Source: Candidatus Saccharimonadota bacterium (GTDB taxonomy: Bacteria; Patescibacteriota; Saccharimonadia; Saccharimonadales; UBA4665). Taken from it: a stretch of 32,000 nt of DNA. The translations under genes were made by a program, and so were the position numbers. Shown here one piece after another: positions 24,612-31,988 of this stretch. Numbering within the stretch: position 1 is the stretch's first letter; each line of letters begins with the position of its first letter. Below the pieces are notes generated by a model. That model was not told the DNA's origin and ran no database searches. It saw only the letters and a program-made list of their open reading frames with translations. The stretch covers positions 900,001 to 932,000 of the forward strand of contig CP065016.1 of assembly GCA_016700375.1 (NCBI GenBank). Reading direction: 5' to 3'.

Positions 24612-26456
24612 ATGGACCAGTCTAAAATAAGAAACTTCTGCATAATTGCACATATAGATCATGGGAAGTCGACGCTGGCTGACCGGTTGCTTGAGCTGAC
24701 CGGAACGGTCGAGATGCGCAATATGAAAGCGCAGCTACTCGACCGCATGGATTTAGAGCGCGAAAAGGGCATTACCATCAAACTCGCTCCTGTGCGTATG
24801 GAGTATCAGGGTCACGAACTGAACCTTATCGATACCCCTGGTCATGTAGACTTTAGCTACGAAGTGAGCCGTAGTCTGCAGGCTTGCGAGGGTGCACTTT
24901 TGGTCGTGGATGCCAGCCAGGGTATACAGGCGCAAACGCTTGCCAATGTCTACCTCGCCATGGAGCAAGACCTTCATATCATACCGGTGCTTAACAAAAT
25001 TGACCTGCCAGCTGCCGATGTCGAAAAGGTTAGCCGCGAAGTGATTGCACTGCTTGGCTGTACAAAAGAAGACATTTTGCTTATTTCCGCAAAAACAGGC
25101 GAAGGCGTCGACGCTGTGCTAAAGAAAATTGTTGCCGAAATCCCCGCCCCCACCACTCTAAGAGGACTGTCCTCTGAAATTGAATGGGGTGAAAATGACA
25201 GAGGGGAAAGTGCGGTCCCGGGTGAAAAAGGTCGTCCCACGCGCGCCTTAATATTTGATTCCTACTACGACGATTACCGCGGTGTCATTCTGTACGTACG
25301 GTTGTTTGATGGGGCAATCACAAAAAACGCTGGCATTAAAATGATGGCAACAGGCGCGCATGGTTTGGCGCTTGAGGTCGGTGCACTCACACCGGAAATG
25401 ACCGCACGGCCCAGCCTGCAGGTGGGCGAAATCGGTTACATTGTCACCAACCTAAAATCGACCCGTGAAGCCAAGGTCGGCGACACAATTACGCTGATGT
25501 CCCAGCCTGCCGCACAAGCGCTGCCAGGCTACCGCAATGTCCAACCGTTTGTATACGCGGGCTTTTTCCCAGAGTCAAACGAATATTACCAAGAACTGAA
25601 GGATGCTATAGAAAAACTCAGCCTCAGCGACTCCGCCCTGCAGTTTGCGCCAGAAAATTCACCAGTACTTGGGTTTGGCGTGCGTATTGGTTTCTTAGGC
25701 CTGCTCCACATGGATATCATCCGCGAGCGGTTGGAGCGCGAATATAACCTTGAGCTTGTCGTTACTAACCCAAGCACCGACTACCAGGTAAGGCTCATTA
25801 GTGGCGCAGAAATAGATATCAAATCTGCTGCCGACTTACCCGAACCGACCAAAATTGCCGAAATTCGTGAACCATGGATAAAGGGTGAGATAGTTGTGCC
25901 GCAAACATACGTTGGCCCGGTCATTCAGCTCATAAGCAGCAAGCGCGGCCTGCAAAAAAACCTCAGCTACATGGAAGACCGAGCGCTCGTGAGCTTTGAA
26001 GCACCGCTCGCGAACCTGCTGACCGATTTTTACGACCAACTCAAAAGCATTACGAGCGGTTACGGCAGTTTCAACTACGAACTCGATGATTACCGCGCCG
26101 AAGACCTGGTGAAAGTAGACTTTTACGTTGCCGGAGAAATGGTATCGTCACTGAGTGTTATGGCGCACCGCAGTGAAAGCCAAAAACTGGGCCGCGATGT
26201 GGTGGCAAAGCTAAAGGAAGTTATTCCGCGCCAGAACTTCCAGGTTGCTTTGCAGGCAGGCATAAACGGCCGGTTTATTGCTCGCGAAGACATATCGGCC
26301 TACCGCAAAGATGTGACCATTGGGCTCTACGGCGGCGACGTGTCCCGCAAGAAAAAGGTGCTCGCTAAACAGGCCAAAGGCAAAAAACGCATGAAACGCT
26401 TCGGTAAAGTCGACATCCCATCCGAAGCCTTCACCGTCATGCTCAAGCGAGATTAA
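24612..26456 (+). CDS. lepA: translation elongation factor 4 (LepA)
   Basis: G1 AHIDHGKST, G3 DTPGHVDF, G4 NKID, LepA-specific C-terminal domain (GDVSRKKKVLAKQAKGKKRMKRFGKVDIP); 614 aa. Confidence 0.95.
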   Translation: MDQSKIRNFCIIAHIDHGKSTLADRLLELTGTVEMRNMKAQLLDRMDLEREKGITIKLAPVRMEYQGHELNLIDTPGHVDFSYEVSRSLQACEGALLVVDASQGIQAQTLANVYLAMEQDLHIIPVLNKIDLPAADVEKVSREVIALLGCTKEDILLISAKTGEGVDAVLKKIVAEIPAPTTLRGLSSEIEWGENDRGESAVPGEKGRPTRALIFDSYYDDYRGVILYVRLFDGAITKNAGIKMMATGAHGLALEVGALTPEMTARPSLQVGEIGYIVTNLKSTREAKVGDTITLMSQPAAQALPGYRNVQPFVYAGFFPESNEYYQELKDAIEKLSLSDSALQFAPENSPVLGFGVRIGFLGLLHMDIIRERLEREYNLELVVTNPSTDYQVRLISGAEIDIKSAADLPEPTKIAEIREPWIKGEIVVPQTYVGPVIQLISSKRGLQKNLSYMEDRALVSFEAPLANLLTDFYDQLKSITSGYGSFNYELDDYRAEDLVKVDFYVAGEMVSSLSVMAHRSESQKLGRDVVAKLKEVIPRQNFQVALQAGINGRFIAREDISAYRKDVTIGLYGGDVSRKKKVLAKQAKGKKRMKRFGKVDIPSEAFTVMLKRD

Positions 26457-26761
26457 TGATGACAGACAAACCTGATATAACAATAGGAAAACTGCACATA
26501 TGGGTGGACGGCAAAGAATTTCCAAGCCTCAATTTGACGGAACAAAATTCTTATGATGATGCCGGCTGGTTGCGTGCCACCATTTCATATCGAACCGCGT
26601 GTTCTACGGTGGAGATTAGTGGAGCTGCGCTGCACCACTGCGACCTGAAGGCATTGCAAGATGACTGTCAGAAATTGCATACAAATGGTCACGGCCTGCT
26701 CCAATTCGGTACCCTCGAGCCACATCTTCATGTTGAGCTCAAATTTGATTCACTAGGACAC
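26456..26761 (+). pseudogene. 5' part (102 codons) of a small ORF split by the IS3-family element; possibly a WapI-like immunity-type protein
   Basis: The ATG overlaps the lepA stop (TAATG). The frame runs to CAC 26759-26761 and then enters the IS end, which supplies 9 foreign codons and a stop. Confidence 0.7.
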
Positions 26762-26844
26762 TATACTGCGCTCCCCAACCTGCTCACATAACCGCTTTGA
26801 CGTAGACCTGTTCCGGTACTGGTTAGTATTGGTTACGAAGCCGC

Positions 26845-27810
26845 TTAGAGTTGGTCGGTTCGTACGTCGAAATATACGCTTGCTGGTGTTCGGTAGTCAA
26901 GACTCTGGTGTTTTCGTTTGTGGTTGTAAAACGTGAAGTATTGTTCCAGCCCTGCCTGTGCCTCCGCGAGGTTCTGGTAGGCATGCGGGAACACGTCCTC
27001 GTATTTCACGGTGCGCCATAGGCGCTCAGTGAAGATATTGTCCAGGCATCTGCCTCTTCCATCCATGCTGATCTGTATGCCTGCTTGTTCCAGGGTTCCC
27101 GTGTATGTTTCACTTGTAAATGGCTACCCTGGTCAGAGTTGCAGATGTCTGGAATTGACAGCCCGCAGTCGTCCACAAAGCACAGTGCGTCCTTGAGCGC
27201 CTGCAAGACAAAACCGTTTTGCAGTGTGTCGCTCAAGGCCCAGGATATGACATACCGGCTATACCAGTCGATGAACGCTACCATATAGACGAACCCATCC
27301 CGTGTTTTGATGTATGTAATGTCCGTGCCCCATACGTGGTTCGGGTATGCCGCCTTCACATGACGCAGCAGATACGGATAGATTTTGTGGCCCGTGCCAA
27401 CACCGGGTTTACTCGTATTCGGCTTAGGGTAGATAGCCTCTATCCCAAGGAGTTTCATCACCGTACGAATATGCTTTCGACCCAGGTCAAGACCATACCG
27501 GTCCAGTAGCTCCAGATGCATCCGGCGGTAGCCGTAGAACGGGTAATCCGTGTAGACGACATCGACGGCATCCATGTCCCGTTTGAGCAGGGCTTGAGCT
27601 TTGGGATTGTCTACTGGCTGGTAGTAGGCCGTGCGTCTGCTCAGTCCCAGCAATGCAGTCTGCCGGGTCACCGACAAGGACGGATGGTCTGGTTCAATGA
27701 GACCGGCCAAATCGTACCGATGGATTGATGAGAGCGTACTGACTAGTGGAAGCGAAGGGGTACAAGCGTCTGGCGAGCTACAGCCCCAGCTCACGATGGA
27801 TCTTTTTTTT
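26845..27810 (-). pseudogene. IS3 orfB (DDE integrase part), disrupted by an extra frameshift
   Basis: HVWGTDITYI...AFIDWYSRYV...NSDQGSH in one frame and FTSETYTGTLEQAGIQISMDGRGRCLDNIFTERLWRTVKYE in another. The frames switch near 27118-27121, consistent with loss of 1 nt in a T run. Confidence 0.7.
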
Positions 27811-28071
27811 AAGCCATTCGAGTTCAGCATCACGGACGCCAATGACCCGATGGAGTTCATCGATTCGCTTCTGGGCGTCAGCTGCCTTAGCGGCAGCGTT
27901 TCGTTTGTCGGCAAAAGCGTCAGCCATACTGGACTTTGCGGCATCCCGCCATTGCTTTACTTGGGTGGGGTTAACCTCAAAATCTGAGGCTATTTGGTTA
28001 ATGGTTTTGTCGCCTTTGAGTGCAGCTAAGGCTACCGTCGCCTTCTGCTCAGCAGTGAATTGTCGTCTCAT
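27778..28071 (-). CDS. IS3 family transposase OrfA (HTH)
   Basis: MRRQFTAEQKATVALAALKGDKTINQIASDFEVNPTQVKQWRD... followed by a leucine-zipper-like C-terminus; AAAGGAGG SD and TGgTATACT promoter inside the IS end. Confidence 0.85.
   Translation of the reverse strand: MRRQFTAEQKATVALAALKGDKTINQIASDFEVNPTQVKQWRDAAKSSMADAFADKRNAAAKAADAQKRIDELHRVIGVRDAELEWLKKKIHRELGL
27802..27810 (-). promoter_or_regulatory. programmed -1 ribosomal frameshift site of the IS3 element
   Basis: Minus-strand AAAAAAAAG read as CTT AAA AAA AAG in orfA. The orfB frame is open across it, so a -1 slip gives ...AELEWLKKK-RSIVSWG... Confidence 0.7.
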
Positions 28072-28148
28072 TGCTAGAGACCTCCTTTGATGGTTTAGTA
28101 TACCAGAAGAGGTCTTATTGGGTTGAGCAGGATTGGGTGCGCATTATA

Positions 28149-28304
28149 CACTTAAAAGGTGTGATTGTTCTTCGGCCCGACCCAGTGTATGAAAAACATG
28201 AGTATGTCGTAGAGGATTTAGACCTAAGCTATTTGCCGCATATAATTTCTGAATGCAAGGATGCTATCATTACTCATTTTCCGGAGACAGTTAAAACCAA
28301 GTAA
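28149..28304 (+). pseudogene. 3' part (51 codons plus stop) of the IS3-split ORF
   Basis: The frame starting at CAC 28149 reads HLKGVIVLRPDPVYEKHEYVVEDLDLSYLPHIISECKDAIITHFPETVKTK*. The TTG 'start' at 28071 in the ORF track lies inside the IS. Confidence 0.7.
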
Positions 28305-28339
28305 AACCCATATCTGTTAATAATCCGTCCTAGGTGAAA

Positions 28340-28801
28340 TCAGGTTTTTTGGAGTATTTTTAGGTCGGTGATGATTTCGGCGGCATGTGTGCTGGGGTCA
28401 ACGCCGTGGTACTCTTTTGCAATCATACCCTCGGGGTTTATTAGGAACGTGTTTCGTTTGGTGCCCAGCAAGGTTTTCCCCCAGAAAAACTTTGGGTCCC
28501 ACGAGTCATAGGCAGCGGCAACGGCGTGGTCGGGGTCACTAAGTAACGTAAAATTTAAGCCGTGCTTCTCGGCAAACTTACGGTGACTTTCTGGCGAGTC
28601 TTTGCTAACGCCAATTACAACGGCATTGCCAAATTCGGCTATGGCTTCACGCGTATCGCGAAAACCACAGGCTTCTATAGTGCAGCCGGGTGTTTCATCT
28701 TTGGGGTAAAAATACAGCACCACCCACTTTCCGCGGTAATCTCGCAGTGAATGATTTTCGCTGTTTTGGTCTAGGAGGGTAAAGTCTGGCGCCTGCTTCA
28801 T
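28340..28801 (-). CDS. bcp: thiol peroxidase / peroxiredoxin Bcp
   Basis: FYPKDETPGCTIEAC active-site block, 153 aa; TGcTACAGT extended -10 lies 7 nt before the ATG. Confidence 0.9.
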   Translation of the reverse strand: MKQAPDFTLLDQNSENHSLRDYRGKWVVLYFYPKDETPGCTIEACGFRDTREAIAEFGNAVVIGVSKDSPESHRKFAEKHGLNFTLLSDPDHAVAAAYDSWDPKFFWGKTLLGTKRNTFLINPEGMIAKEYHGVDPSTHAAEIITDLKILQKT

Positions 28802-28901
28802 GACTGATACTGTAGCACAAAGAGCAGGTTTGCCCTGACATGACTCGCTGAAAGGTAAGCTGACGTTTGGTTTGACGCCCCATTCCTGCTATAACTACTA
28901 C

Positions 28902-29618
28902 ATGCAAGACGACATAAAACAACTACTCCAAAACTATCACCCGAGCCAAAAAACTGTTGAGACGCTGCGTTCGCAGAAACTCATTATCTTTGCTGGGACA
29001 GCCGGTGCCGGGAAAAATGCCATTATGAACGGCATGCTAAAAACCGGGCATTACCACGATATTGTTACCAGTACGACTCGTGAGCCACGCGAAAATAATG
29101 GTGTTTTGGAACGGGACGGTATTGACTACCACTTCTTAAGTACCGAGCAAGCAGTCGCAAAACTAAGAGCTGGTGAGTACATAGAGGCTGCGCTTGTTCA
29201 CAAGTACATATACGGTGTTCTGGCGAGCGAAATTGAGCGTGCTGCCGAGGCGGGGAAAATGCCCATTGTGGATGTTGATGTACAGGGTGTACACACCTTT
29301 AAATCGCTTTCAGATAACATTATTGCCGTCTTTGTAGTGCCGCCGAGCTACGAGGTATGGATGCAACGGATAAAAAGTCGGTATGAAAACGAGGCAGAGT
29401 TTAATGAGGCATGGCCAGCCCGCCGCGAAAGTGCCATACGTGAACTGGAAGATGCACTAAGCCGCCCATACTATCACTTCCTCATAAACGAAGACCTTGA
29501 CCAGGCCGTTCACTCGGCCGAAGGCATTGCTCAGCACGATGACAAATTCAGCCAAATAGACAAGAGCTACCGCGTTTGGGTAGAACGCATTTTGCACGAT
29601 TTGAAGAGCCATACCTAG
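28902..29618 (+). CDS. gmk: guanylate kinase family protein (atypical P-loop, C-terminal extension)
   Basis: P-loop GTAGAGKNA, TTREPRENNGVLERDGIDYHF, IEAALVHKYIYGV. Start set at ATG 28902 (TGcTATAAC -10 lies 6 nt upstream) rather than the TTG at 28872 in the ORF track. Confidence 0.6.
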   Translation: MQDDIKQLLQNYHPSQKTVETLRSQKLIIFAGTAGAGKNAIMNGMLKTGHYHDIVTSTTREPRENNGVLERDGIDYHFLSTEQAVAKLRAGEYIEAALVHKYIYGVLASEIERAAEAGKMPIVDVDVQGVHTFKSLSDNIIAVFVVPPSYEVWMQRIKSRYENEAEFNEAWPARRESAIRELEDALSRPYYHFLINEDLDQAVHSAEGIAQHDDKFSQIDKSYRVWVERILHDLKSHT

Positions 29619-29633
29619 GAATTAGGAATTGTC

Positions 29634-30010
29634 ATCCTGAACTTGTTTCAGGATCCATACGCTTTCTAAAGCGTCTATGTATTCACTACACTTTATGGTC
29701 TCACCATACCTCACTCACACTGGCAGTTCTCGGACTGCCGGCCGACCAGGACCTTTTGCTGCCAAAAGGTCCTGGACCTAAAACCAGGCCAAAAGCTCCA
29801 CCTCTTGGTCAGCTAGTTGTTCGTTTTGACAACTGACGCGACAACTCGTTCAGCCAGGATTGCCACTGGCAATCCTAACTTCACTCAAACAAGTCGCGCC
29901 ACCTGTCGGAGGTTGTCAAAGCCGACAACACCTGAGCCATGAGGTTACACATGGCCATTACTGGTTATGTCGCTAACGCGACGGATAACTAGCGGCCTGC
30001 GGCCGCAGGC
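29634..30010. other. cluster of ten different hairpins/palindromes in a gene-free interval
   Basis: Hairpins at 29634-29654 (8 bp), 29659-29674 (6), 29722-29739 (6), 29746-29775 (13, perfect), 29815-29834 (6), 29856-29876 (10, near-perfect palindrome), 29912-29929 (6), 29936-29955 (6), 29969-29982 (5) and 29995-30010 (16-nt perfect palindrome GCCTGCGGCCGCAGGC). Confidence 0.85.
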
Positions 30011-30103
30011 AGAACTATGAATTCTGAACTCTCTGGGGACTTGCTCACTGAGAAATTGAATGAAAACTGAAAACTGGAAACTCCTAACCCCTAACCACCA
30101 TCC

Positions 30104-30130
30104 CTAGCACTCTAGACTTTTGAGTGCCAG
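30104..30130 (+). promoter_or_regulatory. CIRCE operator (HrcA binding site)
   Basis: cTAGCACTC-N9-GAGTGCcAg versus consensus TTAGCACTC-N9-GAGTGCTAA, 114 nt upstream of hrcA. Confidence 0.8.
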
Positions 30131-30243
30131 TTTGATAAACTTATACCATTAAAAATGAATAGGGAAAAGAGCAGCCCGAGCAAAAATCGCATTTTTTGCC
30201 CGGCGCGTTGAGAAAAACCGTAGGTTTGTCTCAAGGAGATGTC

Positions 30244-30942
30244 ATGAGTCCTAGGCAAAAGCAAATACTCACAGCCATTATCGAGCAGTACGCTGAAGTA
30301 GCCGTGCCTGTTGGCAGTAGTCTCCTTGCAAAGGTGTTTGGAGTATCGAGCGCGACCATACGCGCAGAGATGGCCGAGCTTGAAGCCCTTGGCTTCATAC
30401 GTCAGCCGCACACCAGTGCCGGGCGCATCCCGACCGACAAAGGCTACCGTTTTTACGTAAACAATCTCGCCGAAGCAGACGAAAAACAGCCGGAACGCGG
30501 TGCCGAACGTGCCCTTGCGGCACGACTTGAAGGCGGCGGCCTGCCCGAACGTGCCATTCGTAACGCCGTGGATACGTTGGTGGAACTAACTCATAATCTT
30601 GGTCTTGCTACCATTGGCAACCAGTTGTATATTTCCGGCCTCAGCAACCTGTTTGGCCAGCCCGAATTTCACGGCGGAGCCCAGGTGCAACAGGTAGCGC
30701 GTTTACTTGATAATCTTGAACCGTGGCTGCGTGAAGCCGCGCCAAACCAGCCGCTGAGCGTCTACATTGGTGCCGAAAACCCCATTGGCCGCAGTGCCGA
30801 TGCGAGCCTCATTATCAGCCGGTTCCGTAGCCCTTTTAGCGACCACAGCTACATAGGCACGCTTGGCCCCACTCGCCAAAGCTACCGCGATGTCATGTCG
30901 CTCGTCGCACACGCCGGGAGAACCCTGGAGGAAGTGTTATGA
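30244..30942 (+). CDS. hrcA: heat-inducible transcription repressor HrcA, short form (232 aa)
   Basis: AAGGAG 5 nt before ATG 30244; N-terminal wHTH (RQKQILTAIIEQYAEVAVPVGSSLLA...SSATIRAEMAELEALGFIRQPHTSAGRIPTDKGYRFYV) and C-terminal IGTLGPTRQSY block. About 100 aa shorter than typical HrcA. Confidence 0.85.
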   Translation: MSPRQKQILTAIIEQYAEVAVPVGSSLLAKVFGVSSATIRAEMAELEALGFIRQPHTSAGRIPTDKGYRFYVNNLAEADEKQPERGAERALAARLEGGGLPERAIRNAVDTLVELTHNLGLATIGNQLYISGLSNLFGQPEFHGGAQVQQVARLLDNLEPWLREAAPNQPLSVYIGAENPIGRSADASLIISRFRSPFSDHSYIGTLGPTRQSYRDVMSLVAHAGRTLEEVL

Positions 30943-31175
30943 CTTCGGGTCCAGACCCACACTTATCAGACGGGTTTCGCAAAGCCGGTAAACTGGCTGC
31001 AGCGGGTGATACGGCTGGGGCGCAAGAGGCTGCTGTACAGGCTGGTGAATTGCTCGCAGCTGAAACGCCACAAGATTTTGGTATAGGCGAAGCGTTGGAT
31101 GTATTGCTTGCCGCTGCTCTTGCCGCAGCTAATCCTTCAGCAGATCAGGATAATGCGCCAGATGAAATACAATAA
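30939..31175 (+). CDS. hypothetical small acidic Ala-rich protein (78 aa)
   Basis: ATGA overlap with the hrcA stop suggests translational coupling; no family recognised. Confidence 0.45.
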   Translation: MTSGPDPHLSDGFRKAGKLAAAGDTAGAQEAAVQAGELLAAETPQDFGIGEALDVLLAAALAAANPSADQDNAPDEIQ

Positions 31176-31258
31176 AAACAATCAATTCAAAATGATTTAC
31201 ACTAATCAGACTACGGCTTTCATTCCACGTACGAAAAAGCTTTGGGTGGGGCGTTGTA

Positions 31259-31507
31259 ATGGCGCTTGATGAATGCAAAGACAAACCGCCGTTAGACGAA
31301 TGGGCAAATGATAGTGTTGCAGCGTTTCAAGAAATGGTCTCAGGAGGACATCTAATCGGTGCACAGCAATTAAGGGCGGTCACTATGGCTGAAGCAGAGC
31401 GGTATGTCAAGGACGGGCACACACCCAAAGAGGTGGAAGAAGCGCTAGTGACGGCATCCGCAACTTTGGGTATAAGTGCCGTAGAAAGATTTTTAGGGAG
31501 TAACTAA
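31259..31507 (+). CDS. hypothetical small acidic helical protein (82 aa)
   Basis: GGTGGGG SD-like sequence upstream; its stop directly abuts the grpE ATG (TAAATG); no family recognised. Confidence 0.45.
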   Translation: MALDECKDKPPLDEWANDSVAAFQEMVSGGHLIGAQQLRAVTMAEAERYVKDGHTPKEVEEALVTASATLGISAVERFLGSN

Positions 31508-31987
31508 ATGATGAAAAAGAAGCAAGATGACCTAGATTATGCACAAGTAGCTGAGCAGCTGGCTACCGAAAATGCCCAGCTGACAGAGGCGCTGCAGCGT
31601 GAGCGAGCAGATGCCACCAACATTCGCCGTCGGCACGACGAGCAAATCGCTTCACTTCGTTCAACAGTGAAGGCAAGTGTGGTGAAAGACCTGCTGCCTA
31701 TTATCGACAACTTTGAGCGCGCGCTAAAACATGTTCCGAAAGAGCTTGAAGGGAACGAATACGTTAAAGGTATAGAGGGTATCGTCAGGCAGTTTGAAAA
31801 AACCTTAGCAGACATCGGTGTCGAGCGCATCAAGACCGTCGGCGAACCATTTGATCCGCATCTGCACGAGGCGGTTAGTATGGAGGCAGGTGATGGCAAG
31901 CAAGAAGTGGTGAGCGAAGAACTCCAAAGCGGCTACCGCCTAGGCGATGACGTCATCCGCCACGCCATGGTCCGCGTGAAAGGCTAA
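31508..31987 (+). CDS. grpE: nucleotide exchange factor GrpE (short, 159 aa)
   Basis: Coiled-coil N-terminus, LLPIIDNFERAL, FDPHLHEAV, GYRLGDDVIRHAMVRV. Confidence 0.9.
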   Translation: MMKKKQDDLDYAQVAEQLATENAQLTEALQRERADATNIRRRHDEQIASLRSTVKASVVKDLLPIIDNFERALKHVPKELEGNEYVKGIEGIVRQFEKTLADIGVERIKTVGEPFDPHLHEAVSMEAGDGKQEVVSEELQSGYRLGDDVIRHAMVRVKG

Positions 31988-31988
31988 C

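Larger units (their letters stand above)
26762..28148 (-). mobile_element. IS3-family insertion sequence (1387 bp) with 3-bp target duplication CAC
   Basis: Terminal inverted repeats match 21/25 at the tips (TATACTGCGCTCCCCAACCTGCTCA versus the reverse complement TATAATGCGCACCCAATCCTGCTCA), with further similarity inward (AGACCTnTTCnGGTA). CAC at 26759-26761 and 28149-28151. orfA/orfB organisation with an A8G slippery run. Confidence 0.85.

Noticed and set aside
27811-27944. N-terminal part of the 312-aa ORF 27006..27944 (MPQSPVWLTLLPTNE...)
   Set aside because: It overlaps orfA in the -1 frame upstream of the A8G slippery run. In IS3-family elements orfB is reached by frameshifting, not by independent initiation here.
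28071-28148. TTG start and first 26 codons of ORF 28071..28304
   Set aside because: This stretch is the left end of the IS3 element (inverted repeat, promoter and SD of orfA on the other strand). Only the part from CAC 28149 belongs to the interrupted host gene.
29746-29775. The perfect 13-bp hairpin as SRP RNA helix 8 or as the gmk terminator
   Set aside because: It has no internal loops or GNRA-type tetraloop as in SRP RNA. It lies 130 nt past the gmk-like stop with no U-run, so neither role fits.
29576-29836. 86-aa ORF spanning the start of the hairpin cluster
   Set aside because: Its sequence is simply the translated palindromes (…HPELVSGS…, …LPADQDLLLPKGPGP…). It overlaps the 3' end of the gmk-like gene and has no SD or -10 box at the proper distance.
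30083-30096. CCTAACC CCTAACC as a telomere-like repeat
   Set aside because: There are only two units, internal to a chromosome segment, next to another short slippage-type repeat. Nothing else suggests a linear replicon end.
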